The notes under the pieces were generated by a model. The model saw nothing but the letters and a program-made list of their open reading frames with translations. It did no database searches and was not told where the DNA came from. Positions 10,190-19,861 of a stretch of DNA of 64,000 nt are shown piece after piece. Made by a program: the position numbers and the translations under genes. Position 1 is the first letter of the stretch, and every line of letters starts with the position of its first letter. Origin of the DNA: Capsulimonadales bacterium (GTDB lineage: Bacteria > Armatimonadota > Armatimonadia > Armatimonadales > Armatimonadaceae). The stretch covers positions 96,001 to 160,000 of the forward strand of contig JANRLW010000069.1 in assembly GCA_033762295.1 (NCBI GenBank). The letters are read 5' to 3'.

Positions 10190-11161
10190 ATGCCCCTTAT
10201 CGATCTTCCGCCGGAAAAGTTAAAGGAATATCGCGGACGAAACCCGAAGCCCGCCGATTTCGACGCCTACTGGGAGAACGCCCTGGCCGAACTGGCGGCG
10301 ACCGATCCTGACCCGGAACTGAGGCCGGCCGATTTCTCCGCGCCGTTCGCCGAGTGCTTCCACCTGTACTTCACCGGGGTCGGCGGCGCGCGTCTCCACG
10401 CGAAATACCTCCGACCGACATCGCGTCCCGCGCCCGGTCCGGCAATCCTGATGTTCCATGGCTACAGCGGAAACAGCGGGGAGTGGCACGATAAACTATC
10501 GCATGTCGCCCGTGGCTATCAGGTGGCGGCGTTGGATTGCCGTGGGCAGGGCGGACTTTCCGAGGACCCGGGCGGCGTGACCGGGAACACCTTGCGCGGG
10601 CATATCATTCGCGGTCTGAACGACGCCTTGAACGGCCGACCGGAGAAATTGTACTACCGTCAGGTTTTTCTGGACACGGCGCAACTGGCGCGGGTGGTGA
10701 TGGGTTTCGAGGAGACGGACGCGGAGCGTGTCGGGGCGACCGGCGGATCGCAGGGCGGCGCACTGACCCTGGCCTGCGCCGCTTTGACCCCCGGCCTGAA
10801 AAAGGCCGCCTCGGTCTTTCCGTTCCTTTGCGATTACCGGCGCGTTTGGGAGATGGACCTGGCAAAAGGGGCTTACGAGGAACTGAATACTTTTTTCCGC
10901 CTTTTTGATCCGCGTCATGAGCGAGAGGAGGATATCTTCCAGGCCCTCGGGTATATTGATTGCCAGCATCTTGCCGACCGAATCCGTTGCGACCTCCGGA
11001 TGTATGTCGGTCTCATGGACACGATCTGTCCGCCCTCGACGCAGTTCGCCGCCTACAACCGGGTCACCGGCCCGAAGAGCCTGGTCGTCTATCCCGATTT
11101 CGGCCATGAAGGGCTTCCGGGCAGCGGGGACTCCATTTATACGTATTTTAGCGATCTTTAA
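10190..11161 (+). CDS. Acetylxylan esterase / cephalosporin-C deacetylase (CE7)
   Basis: PADFDAYW, FHGY, DCRGQGG, GGSQGG nucleophile, DTICPPSTQFAAYN, GHE. Confidence 0.92.
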   Translation: MPLIDLPPEKLKEYRGRNPKPADFDAYWENALAELAATDPDPELRPADFSAPFAECFHLYFTGVGGARLHAKYLRPTSRPAPGPAILMFHGYSGNSGEWHDKLSHVARGYQVAALDCRGQGGLSEDPGGVTGNTLRGHIIRGLNDALNGRPEKLYYRQVFLDTAQLARVVMGFEETDAERVGATGGSQGGALTLACAALTPGLKKAASVFPFLCDYRRVWEMDLAKGAYEELNTFFRLFDPRHEREEDIFQALGYIDCQHLADRIRCDLRMYVGLMDTICPPSTQFAAYNRVTGPKSLVVYPDFGHEGLPGSGDSIYTYFSDL

Positions 11162-11217
11162 ACGGCGATCGCGGACCGGGCTTCGGGACGCCGGACGGCA
11201 ATCTCCGGGAAATGCCG

Positions 11218-11223
11218 TATACT
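11218..11223 (+). promoter_or_regulatory. Putative -10 box (TATACT) for the kinase/vWA/PP2C operon
   Basis: TATACT 16 nt upstream of ATG 11240. Confidence 0.45.
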
Positions 11224-11239
11224 GGAGCTAGGGTAACGA

Positions 11240-13177
11240 ATGCGGTTTCAACAGTGGAAAGAGACGGAAACACGCAACTACACGTCCGCCGGTGCCTCCA
11301 CGCCTGCGCGCCTGTCGTGGCCGGATGCGGTTGCGTACCAGGAATCCATTCAAAATCCTTCCTTCTCCCTGACGGACGCCGCCTTTCAAAATGCCCGGGT
11401 TCATACCGATCGGCGCGGCCTGCCGGTTACCTATGCCGGTCGTTTCGCCGTCGTCTTCCGTCTGCAAACCGAGGATGGCGAACCCTGGGCGTTGCGGTGT
11501 TTCACAACGCCCGGCGATGGGGACGGCACCGCCCGCGCAGCCCGTTACCAGTTGATTCAGAAATATGCCGAAGCGCACCGGAATATCTTCGTTCCGTTTC
11601 GCTACATGGAGCGAGGCATCAAGGTCGGGCGTCACTTCTATCCGGCGCTCGCCATGCGCTGGGCCTCGGGCGAGCCCCTCGGACGCTGGATCGAGAACCA
11701 TCGGTCGAACCCGGAAGCGTTGCGCACCCTTTGCGGTTCGCTCTCCGCACTGCTCGCGAAACTCGAAGCGGAGGGAATCGCGCATGGCGACTGGCAGCAT
11801 GACAACCTGCTGGTGGCCGACGAGGGACGGCGACTGACCCTGGTCGATTACGACGGGATGTTCGTCCCCGAACTCGCCGGACAACGAAGCGAGGAGATCG
11901 GGCATCCCAACTACCAGCACCCGGCCCGGACCGCCGATCACTTCGGTCCCGGTCTCGATCGGTTCGCCTGTCTGGTCATCCAGACTTCCCTGCTCGGAAT
12001 TGCCGGGAACGCGGAACTGTGGGATAAGTACTCGGACGGCGAATCCCTGCTGTTCCAGCGATCCGATTTCGTGAATCCCGGCGAATCACCGGTTTTCGTG
12101 GAACTGAAAGCGCTGGCGGAACTGGATCAGGACGAACTCCTGGCCGATGCCGTCGCGCGTCTGGAGGACGCCTGTCACGCCGGGGCGATGAGCACACTGC
12201 TGCCGGGAATCGATGTGCCCACCGAGGAACTCGATTCCAAAACGTACGATCCGATCAGGCTGGCGTCCGCATGGGTGGAATCGGTCAAATCGGAGATGAC
12301 GTTCGATCCGAAGACGACGGTCGTCGGGAACTCGGTCGGCCCGCGGCAATGGTGGACACTGCCGGAGGTCGTCAAATCCAATGTCAGCCAGACGTCTGCC
12401 GCGCGTCCCCGCATCGTCGCCGTCGCAACGCAGGAGTCGTTCGACTATATCGAACGCGCTCATTCGGTCGAAACCCTGCGGGCTGAGGAGAATCACCTGA
12501 ACTCCTGGCGGTTCGGACTCGCCCTTTGCATCGTGGTGACCCTCGCTCTGGTTTTCGCGCAGAACAACGGACTGCGCTTTTTCCTGGCCGGTCCCCTGTT
12601 CGCTTTACTGGTGAACCTGGGCTCTCTGGGCTTTTCGCGCTGGCCCCGAAAGATGATTTACGACGAACTGACACTCGAAATCGAAAAGATGAACGATCTG
12701 ATCGATAAGCGAAAACGCCAGATCGCGGATAAGGGCGGCCAACTCGCCAGTTCCGGAATGACGAATGTCAGCGACTTCGTTCAGGAGAAGATGCGTCAGA
12801 CGTCGATCAACCGCGTACTGACGGTGCCCGGTGTCAAGGTGTCGACTCTGCGCGTCCTGCGCGAGGCGGGCATCGACAATGCCCAGGACCTCCTGAAGCG
12901 CGGAACGGTGAACGGAATTCCACCGCACCAGATGACGGCCCTGTTGAACTGGTGTCAGGAGCGCGAGGACGAAGCCGCGGCCGAGTACCGGAAAAATATG
13001 GGCGGCGGTCGGTATGCGCCGGCCGAGGTGTCACGGTTGCGGCACGAAGTCGCAGAGTTCGAGCGGCATCTGGCTCACCTGAAGCGGGAACGGGACAACT
13101 TCCCGGAGACGTCTTTCCGGACCTATGTCCGACGTCTTTTCGGTGTGGAAGGGACCACCGCGAACTCCCAACCCTGA
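11240..13177 (+). CDS. Atypical Ser/Thr kinase-like protein with 2 TM segments, coiled coil and HhH-like C-terminus (TerY-P type), copy 1
   Basis: GRFAVVF Gly-loop, WALRCF, HGDWQHDN catalytic loop, LVDYDG, GHPNYQHP; TM pair near aa 425-465; VPGVK..LREAGIDNAQDL. Confidence 0.8.
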   Translation: MRFQQWKETETRNYTSAGASTPARLSWPDAVAYQESIQNPSFSLTDAAFQNARVHTDRRGLPVTYAGRFAVVFRLQTEDGEPWALRCFTTPGDGDGTARAARYQLIQKYAEAHRNIFVPFRYMERGIKVGRHFYPALAMRWASGEPLGRWIENHRSNPEALRTLCGSLSALLAKLEAEGIAHGDWQHDNLLVADEGRRLTLVDYDGMFVPELAGQRSEEIGHPNYQHPARTADHFGPGLDRFACLVIQTSLLGIAGNAELWDKYSDGESLLFQRSDFVNPGESPVFVELKALAELDQDELLADAVARLEDACHAGAMSTLLPGIDVPTEELDSKTYDPIRLASAWVESVKSEMTFDPKTTVVGNSVGPRQWWTLPEVVKSNVSQTSAARPRIVAVATQESFDYIERAHSVETLRAEENHLNSWRFGLALCIVVTLALVFAQNNGLRFFLAGPLFALLVNLGSLGFSRWPRKMIYDELTLEIEKMNDLIDKRKRQIADKGGQLASSGMTNVSDFVQEKMRQTSINRVLTVPGVKVSTLRVLREAGIDNAQDLLKRGTVNGIPPHQMTALLNWCQEREDEAAAEYRKNMGGGRYAPAEVSRLRHEVAEFERHLAHLKRERDNFPETSFRTYVRRLFGVEGTTANSQP

Positions 13178-13228
13178 GAGGCGACCGGCGGCCCGAACGC
13201 GGTCGCGGGAACGAAGGAGACCGATTCG

Positions 13229-15124
13229 ATGCTGCGTCTGAACGAGCCGGAAACGCTGACGACCTCCCTTCCGCGGACGGAAACCTCGGTAACCGAATCC
13301 GGCGTTTCCGAGCCTGCGGTGGAGAAGTGGCCCGACGCCGTCGCCTACCTGGAGGCGATTCAGAATCCCGCGGATTGCCTGGACGACCCCGCATTGTACG
13401 GAGCCACCGTTACGATGAACCGGAGGGGGCTGCCGCTGGCGTATACCGGACGGTTTGCCGTGGTTTTTCGGCTGGCGGCCACGGACAGCACGGTCTGGGC
13501 GTTGCGCTGTTTCACCTCCTCGCCGGAGGGGGAAGCCATGCGCAGCCTGCGCTACGCCGCCCTCTTGCCGCGCCTCAGGGATCGTCGTATCTCGGACCTG
13601 TTCGTTCCCTTTCGTTATCTGCCGGACGGCATCAAGGTCGGAAGAAGCGTCTATCCGGCGCTCGTCATGGGCTGGGCGGCGGGCGAACCGATCGGCGCCT
13701 GGGTGGAGAAGCATCGGAACGATCCGTCCGCCCTGCTGACGCTCGCCGCGACCCTCAGCGACGTTCTGGCGCGTTTGAATGCGGCGGGCATCTCCCACGG
13801 TGACTGGCAGCATGACAATCTGCTCGTGTCGGAGAACGGACGCCGTGTGACGCTGGTCGATTACGACGGAATGTATGTCCCGGAACTCCACGGCATGCCG
13901 CCGGCCGAGAGGGGCCATCCGAACTACCAGAATCCGAACCGGGAAGGTCGGGATTACGGGCCGGAACTGGATCATTTCTCCTGTCTCCTCATTCAGACCG
14001 CGCTGGTGACCCTGGCCGTCGAACCGACCCTCTGGGATTCGTTCTGCGATGGCGACGCCCTTGTGTTTCATCAGCAGGACCTCGAGGACCCCGCCCGTTC
14101 GGACGCGTTTTCCACCGTTCGACTGATCGCCGAACAGGAACGCGACCTGATTCCTCTGCTTCAGGAGCTGGAGAGCGCGTGCTGGGCGGGCGCCATTCCG
14201 CCGGCGATACCTCGTACCGTGTTCGAGAAGATCGCGGCCCGGCGCGGTCTCGTGCTGGGCCGGTCGGAGATGCGATCGGAACCGCTCTCCGCATCGCCGG
14301 TGCGGACCGAGGAGGAACCGGTGGTCAACGCCCCGCTGGTGACCATCGGAGCGGAAACCGAACTGGCTCCCGTCGTTACCCGTGGACGGCAATGGTTCGA
14401 CGCGATTCGTGGCGCGTTGCGCCGCCAGAAAGTGCGGGAGGGAATCCACCGGGTGAGCGCACTGTCGTTCTACGGCGGGATGACCGTTCTCTGGATCGAC
14501 CCGAACCTGCTGCCCTTTCTCCAATCGGGCGCCGATTCGTTCGGTTTTCGCTTTCTTTCGATGTTCCTGCTTCCGGCGGGAACGGCGGTGACGTACTTTC
14601 TCTGGCCCCGAAACCTGGATGGTATCGAAGTGACGGAGGCCATCGCACGGACCACGGATCAACTTCAGGTCAATTACGACGAACTGATCCGAAGCCGAAA
14701 CAGTTTTCACGAATTGAACCGGAATCCGGCGAATCTTTCGGCCGTTGCCTTTGTCGCCGCCCGACTCAAGACCCTGTCCATCGAGGAGTTTCGAAACGAA
14801 CTGCGATTAACTCCGGAGGAATGGCAGTTTTTGAACGATCGTCAGATCGGATCGCTGGCCGATATCTCCACACAGAGCATCGCCGAGATGTCCGGCGGGG
14901 CGCGGGAACAGTTAAAATCCGTCCGGCAATCGGCGATGCAGGCCGCGCGCAACGATTACGAACAGGTGGCCAACACGCGCCGCGCCTTACGGCGTGAGTC
15001 GGAGGAACTGGAACGGGAACGACAAGGACTCCAGGGGGTTCATGACGAACTGAATCAGCGATTGTCGCAGATGGGGGAGGAAAACCTCCTTCAATTCTTC
15101 GTCTCGTTGTTCCGTTTCCGATAG
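13229..15124 (+). CDS. Atypical Ser/Thr kinase-like protein with TM segments and coiled coil, copy 2 (paralog)
   Basis: Same motifs as copy 1 (WPDAVAY.E.IQNP, GRFAVVF, WALRCF, HGDWQHDN, LVDYDG, GHPNYQNP). Confidence 0.8.
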   Translation: MLRLNEPETLTTSLPRTETSVTESGVSEPAVEKWPDAVAYLEAIQNPADCLDDPALYGATVTMNRRGLPLAYTGRFAVVFRLAATDSTVWALRCFTSSPEGEAMRSLRYAALLPRLRDRRISDLFVPFRYLPDGIKVGRSVYPALVMGWAAGEPIGAWVEKHRNDPSALLTLAATLSDVLARLNAAGISHGDWQHDNLLVSENGRRVTLVDYDGMYVPELHGMPPAERGHPNYQNPNREGRDYGPELDHFSCLLIQTALVTLAVEPTLWDSFCDGDALVFHQQDLEDPARSDAFSTVRLIAEQERDLIPLLQELESACWAGAIPPAIPRTVFEKIAARRGLVLGRSEMRSEPLSASPVRTEEEPVVNAPLVTIGAETELAPVVTRGRQWFDAIRGALRRQKVREGIHRVSALSFYGGMTVLWIDPNLLPFLQSGADSFGFRFLSMFLLPAGTAVTYFLWPRNLDGIEVTEAIARTTDQLQVNYDELIRSRNSFHELNRNPANLSAVAFVAARLKTLSIEEFRNELRLTPEEWQFLNDRQIGSLADISTQSIAEMSGGAREQLKSVRQSAMQAARNDYEQVANTRRALRRESEELERERQGLQGVHDELNQRLSQMGEENLLQFFVSLFRFR

Positions 15125-15189
15125 AAGGAAGATTGCGCCGCGCGTCCGACCGATTTGGCGGCACGAAGTAACCGAGGATACAATACCGT

Positions 15190-16026
15190 ATGCCCTATTC
15201 AGCCGAAATCAACCGCGCCAAACCGACCGCCTTCTTCTTTCTCATCGATCAGAGCGGGTCGATGGACGATGCCTGGGGGATCGATGCGGGAAAGCGGAAA
15301 TGCGACGCGGTTGCGGACGCCATCAATCGTCTTCTTTCCACGCTGGTACTGCGTTGCGCCAAAGGCGAGGACGTTCGCGATTATTTTCAGGTCGGCGTGA
15401 TCGGCTACGGCGGTTCGGTGCGAAGCGGATTCAGCGGCGTTCTGGCGAACCGTCAGTTCGTCCCGATCTCGGAGATTGCCGACAATCCCCTGCGGGTCGA
15501 GCAGCGAACCCGCAAGGAGGAGGACGGCACGGGCGGCCTGGTGGAACGAACGGTGCGTTTTCCCGTCTGGTTCGAACCGAGCGCCAATGGCAATACGCCG
15601 ATGACGGCGGCGGTGGAGGAGGCGGCGCGGGCGGTACGCGCCTGGTGCGAATTGTACCCACTCTCGTATCCGCCGGTGGTCATCAACATCTCCGACGGGG
15701 AACCGACCGACGGCAGCCCGGTCTATGCCTCCGAACAGCTCAAACAGATCCGTACCAACGACGGCAACGTGCTGTTTTTCAATATACATATCTCCGGCCT
15801 GGCGAAGCGTCCGATCGAATTTCCGGATACGCAGGTTGGCCTGCCGGATGAGTTCGCCCAGCGACTTTTCGAAATGAGTAGCCAGCTGCCGCCGAGACTG
15901 GTCGACGAGGCACGGCGCGAAGGGTTTTCGGTGACCAACAACTCGCGCGGATTCGCCTTCAACGCCGACCTTCGGGCGCTGGTGCAGTTCCTCGATATCG
16001 GTACCCGCACTTCGGAGCTACGGTAA
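15190..16026 (+). CDS. vWA domain protein (TerY-like)
   Basis: MIDAS DQSGS, NTPM and ISDG motifs intact. Confidence 0.88.
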   Translation: MPYSAEINRAKPTAFFFLIDQSGSMDDAWGIDAGKRKCDAVADAINRLLSTLVLRCAKGEDVRDYFQVGVIGYGGSVRSGFSGVLANRQFVPISEIADNPLRVEQRTRKEEDGTGGLVERTVRFPVWFEPSANGNTPMTAAVEEAARAVRAWCELYPLSYPPVVINISDGEPTDGSPVYASEQLKQIRTNDGNVLFFNIHISGLAKRPIEFPDTQVGLPDEFAQRLFEMSSQLPPRLVDEARREGFSVTNNSRGFAFNADLRALVQFLDIGTRTSELR

Positions 16027-16031
16027 AGCCA

Positions 16032-16772
16032 ATGTCGGCCCTTTCCGATCCTCCCCGAACGAACCTGCGTACGCTTTTCGCTCCGAAAGACGGGAACACG
16101 GAAGCGCAATACGAGGATGCGTCGGCCTGTACGCCGACGGATCTGCCGGTTTTCACGGTCGCGGTCGCGGATGGTGCCTCCTCCGCCGTCTATGCAAGGG
16201 ATTGGGCGCAGCGACTCGTCGGGCATTTCACCGAACACCCGTTTCCGGTCGGAGATGCGGACGTCTGGCGCGCCGTGGCCCTGGAAGGCGCGGCATGGCT
16301 TCGGTCGGTGGAGGAGCGGGCGACGACCTGGCACGCCCAGGAGAAGATTGAGAACGGCTCCGAAGCGACCCTGCTGGTCGTGACATTCGACCGCGAACGA
16401 CTGCTCTGGGAGGCGCGTTCGATCGGGGATAACTGCGTCTTTCTGGTGCGGCGAAACAAACTCCGCTACGCCTTTCCGCTGACGAAATCCACGAAGTTTG
16501 ATGATCGGCCGCCGCTGGTTTCCACACGGGCCGGGCAGATGCGCAAACTGCCGCCCGTGGTACGTTACAGCGAAAAGTTCGAGTCCGGGGATCGTTTTCT
16601 CTTCATGACCGACGCGCTGGCGAGCTGGTTCCTCGCCGAGTTCGAAGCGAAGCGCAAACCCTGGAACCAGTTGCCGGAAACTCCGGAAGCGTTCCGAACC
16701 TTTCTGAAAACGGAACGGGACGCCGGACGCCTGAAGAACGACGACGTCACCCTGATCGATCTGCTGGTCTGA
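16032..16772 (+). CDS. PP2C-like protein phosphatase (TerY-P type)
   Basis: PK.G...YEDA, AVADGAS, IGD, FMTDAL, NDDVT metal-binding Asp motifs. Confidence 0.88.
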   Translation: MSALSDPPRTNLRTLFAPKDGNTEAQYEDASACTPTDLPVFTVAVADGASSAVYARDWAQRLVGHFTEHPFPVGDADVWRAVALEGAAWLRSVEERATTWHAQEKIENGSEATLLVVTFDRERLLWEARSIGDNCVFLVRRNKLRYAFPLTKSTKFDDRPPLVSTRAGQMRKLPPVVRYSEKFESGDRFLFMTDALASWFLAEFEAKRKPWNQLPETPEAFRTFLKTERDAGRLKNDDVTLIDLLV

Positions 16773-16779
16773 GCGTCCG

Positions 16780-16815
16780 GACTACTCCGACCACCCCCGA
16801 CTACCCCGACTACCC
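16780..16815. repeat. Four imperfect GACYAC(C)n tandem units between convergent genes
   Basis: gactactcc-gaccaccccc-gactacccc-gactaccc. Confidence 0.55.
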
Positions 16816-17910
16816 GAAGGACGGAATGACGACCGGTTCGCCGTCGCGCAGGGCGGATTCGTGGGCGTAGAGGCCGGGCGCGGTCCAGTTCGCGGCGGTG
16901 ACGGCGTCAATGGCCGGAGGACGCGCCTCGATAATGCTGCGGACGAACTCATGGGCGAGATGGGGATGAGAGCCGCCGTGCGCGCCGTCGTGCGCGTATT
17001 CCGTGAACCGACGCAGAGGTTCCGGCAGACGGTCGGCGTAATCCGGGACCTCGATCCGTTCGACCGCGACCGGGCGACCGGCAAACGGAACCGCCGTCTC
17101 CCCGAGCGTGAACAGGCAATGTTTGTCGCCCGATAACTGAGTCCACTCGAAACTTCGTTTGGTGCCGTAGACGCTGAACGCTTCGACGTAGGGACGCGCC
17201 GTTTCAAACCAGGAACGGGTCACCTCCGCGGCGGCATCGGTGTTCTCCAGGCGGAAGAGCGCCGTCTCCAGACGAAACGGGCTGAACTCCGTCGGTTCCA
17301 GACGGGCCGATAGCCGCCCGGAACCGAGACAACTCACCTTCGTCGCGCGGGTATTCGTCAATGCCAGAAGCGGCGCGACGGCATGGGTGGCGTAGTGCAT
17401 CGGCGGGACGGTTTTCCAGTATGCGGGGTAACCCTCCACATCCTGAAAGTAGGTGCCGCGCAGGAACGTCAGCTCGCCCAGTTCACCACGGTCGTACAGG
17501 TCCTTGACGAAGAGAAACTCCCGCGAGTAGACGACCGTTTCCATCATCATGTAGTTCAGACCGGTTCGCCGCCGGGTCTCGACAATCCGGGTGAGTTCGT
17601 CCGGAGTGGAACCCATGCAGACGGCGCTGGCGCAGTGCTTCCCGGCGTTCAGGACACGGATCGCCTGTTCGGCATGGAGGAGAAACGGGGTCAGCAGGTG
17701 GACGGCGTCGATATCCGGTTCCGCAAGAACGTGGTCCAGGCTGTCGAAACGGCGGGCCGCCCCGATCCGCTCGCCCACCTCATGGAGTCGTTGCGGATCG
17801 GTGTCGCAGAGGATGACCTCGCCGACATTCGGGTGCTCCCGGTAGATGGCGGCGAAGGTGGCTCCGAAATGCAGGCCGACGACGGCGATACGGATTTTCG
17901 ATTCCTGCAT
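16810..17910 (-). CDS. Gfo/Idh/MocA family oxidoreductase
   Basis: IRIAVVGL.FG Rossmann start, DIDAVH, HAEQ, AGKH, YMMMET. Confidence 0.88.
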   Translation of the reverse strand: MQESKIRIAVVGLHFGATFAAIYREHPNVGEVILCDTDPQRLHEVGERIGAARRFDSLDHVLAEPDIDAVHLLTPFLLHAEQAIRVLNAGKHCASAVCMGSTPDELTRIVETRRRTGLNYMMMETVVYSREFLFVKDLYDRGELGELTFLRGTYFQDVEGYPAYWKTVPPMHYATHAVAPLLALTNTRATKVSCLGSGRLSARLEPTEFSPFRLETALFRLENTDAAAEVTRSWFETARPYVEAFSVYGTKRSFEWTQLSGDKHCLFTLGETAVPFAGRPVAVERIEVPDYADRLPEPLRRFTEYAHDGAHGGSHPHLAHEFVRSIIEARPPAIDAVTAANWTAPGLYAHESALRDGEPVVIPSFG

Positions 17911-17914
17911 CGGA

Positions 17915-19732
17915 TCACTGATCGCGTTTTTCGGCTTTGCGGCGGAGTCCGGCGTTCAGTTCCTTTTTGCGCATCCGGACATTCTTCGGGGTGATCTCCA
18001 CCAGTTCGTCCGGACCGATATATTCGAGCGAGCGGTCAAGGCTCATTTCCGTCGGTTTGGTCAGGCGAATGGCCACGTCCGAGGTGGACGACCGCATATT
18101 GGTCAACTGCTTCGTCTTGCAGACATTGACGACCAGGTCACCCTCCCGCTGATGCCTGCCGACAATCATCCCCTCGTACACCTCGATCTGGGAACCGATG
18201 AACAGTTCGCCACGCTCCTCGGCGTTGGAAAGGCCGAAGGTTGTGGTGGTGCCGCTTTCGGAGGCGATCAGCGACCCCTGGCTGCGATGGGAGATCTCCC
18301 CGGCCCACGGACGAAACTCCTCGAAGAGGGTGGAGAGGACACCGGTGCCTCGGGTGAGCGTCAGGAAGCGCGACCGGAATCCGAGAAGACCGCGCGTCGG
18401 CATGACGAATTCGAGACGGGTCCCGCCGCGTTCGCCGGGCCGCAGGTCCATCAGTTCGCCACGGCGTTCTCCCAGCGCCTGCACGACCGCGCCCTGATAC
18501 TCCTCGGCGACCGAGATCAGCACGCGTTCGTACGGTTCCTCACGTCCGTTGGGGCCGTCATGGGTGATTACTTCCGGCATCGACACCTGCAGTTCGTAGC
18601 CTTCGCGGCGCATCTGTTCGATCAGTACGGCCAGGTGCAGTTCGCCGCGCCCGAACACCAGGAACTCTTCCGGCGAGTCGGTCTCCTCAACCCGGAGGGC
18701 GACGTTCTTCTCCAGTTCCTTGAACAATCGCTCGCGGAGTTTTCGCGACGTGGAAAACTGGCCCTCGCGTCCGGCGAACGGCGACGTATTGACGGCGAAG
18801 GTCATCTGCAGGGTCGGTTCGTCCACCTTCGGCGCGGGGATCGGTTTCGGATTCTCGCCGGTCGCGATCGTCTCGCCGATGGTGATTTCGGAAAGCCCGG
18901 TGACCGCGATGATATCGCCCGGAAAGGCGGCCTCGACCGGAACCCGTTTCAGTCCCTCGTAGACGAAGACGCCCTGTGTGCGCGCCGCATAGAAGCTTTC
19001 GTCCCGACGGAACACCGTGACGTTCTGATTGGGTTTGAGGGACCCGGCGAATACCTTGCCGACGCCGAGGCGACCGAGATAGGGGTCACTGTCGATGGTG
19101 GAGATCAGGGTCTGCGCCGGGGCGTCCGCGTTGCCGAAACTCTTCGGTTCGGGAATATGCTGCAAAATCGTTTCGAACAGCGGTTCGAGGTTCTCGCCGG
19201 GCACCGCCGGATCGAAGGTCGCTTTGCCTTCAAGAGCGATGGCGTAGACGATCGGAAAGTCCAGCTGTTCGTGGGTCGCGCCGAGGGCATCGAAGAGGTC
19301 GAAGGTTTCGTTCACCACCCAGTCCGGGCGGGCATCGGCGCGGTCGATCTTATTGACGACGACGACCGACTTATGTCCGGCCTGAAGGGCTTTCTCCAGA
19401 ACGAACCGGGTCTGCGGCATCGGGCCGTCGACGGCATCGACGAGGAGAAGGACGCCATCGACGACGAGCATGACCCGCTCGACCTCGCCGCCGAAGTCGG
19501 CGTGACCGGGGGTGTCCACGACGTTGATTTTGACGTCCTTATACGAGATGGCCGTGTGCTTGGAAACGATGGTGATGCCCCGTTCCCGTTCCTGATCCAT
19601 GGAGTCCATGACGCGGGTAGCGACTTCCTGGTTGGCGCGGAAGACGCCGCCCTGCTTGAGCATGCCGTCCAGCAGGGTGGTCTTGCCATGGTCGACGTGG
19701 GCGATGATAGCGATGTTTCGAAGTGAGTTCAT
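17915..19732 (-). CDS. typA: Translational GTPase TypA/BipA (alternative TTG start 19750)
   Basis: [54 protein letters not shown]. Confidence 0.97.
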   Translation of the reverse strand: MNSLRNIAIIAHVDHGKTTLLDGMLKQGGVFRANQEVATRVMDSMDQERERGITIVSKHTAISYKDVKINVVDTPGHADFGGEVERVMLVVDGVLLLVDAVDGPMPQTRFVLEKALQAGHKSVVVVNKIDRADARPDWVVNETFDLFDALGATHEQLDFPIVYAIALEGKATFDPAVPGENLEPLFETILQHIPEPKSFGNADAPAQTLISTIDSDPYLGRLGVGKVFAGSLKPNQNVTVFRRDESFYAARTQGVFVYEGLKRVPVEAAFPGDIIAVTGLSEITIGETIATGENPKPIPAPKVDEPTLQMTFAVNTSPFAGREGQFSTSRKLRERLFKELEKNVALRVEETDSPEEFLVFGRGELHLAVLIEQMRREGYELQVSMPEVITHDGPNGREEPYERVLISVAEEYQGAVVQALGERRGELMDLRPGERGGTRLEFVMPTRGLLGFRSRFLTLTRGTGVLSTLFEEFRPWAGEISHRSQGSLIASESGTTTTFGLSNAEERGELFIGSQIEVYEGMIVGRHQREGDLVVNVCKTKQLTNMRSSTSDVAIRLTKPTEMSLDRSLEYIGPDELVEITPKNVRMRKKELNAGLRRKAEKRDQ

Positions 19733-19762
19733 ACGTTTCCGGGTGGTCAATCAATCGACGCG

Positions 19763-19808
19763 ACAAAAGGCCCGTACCGAATGGGTCGCCGACTCCGGCA
19801 CGGGCCTT
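19763..19808 (-). terminator. 14-bp hairpin with short U-tail between DUF1501 gene and typA
   Basis: aaggcccgtgccgg/tcggtacgggcctt with two G-U pairs that form only on the minus strand; ends ...ccttttg. Confidence 0.6.
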
Positions 19809-19861
19809 GAGGATTTTACCATGGTCCCCGGTACGCCACAATGACCGGAAACCGTCGACAG

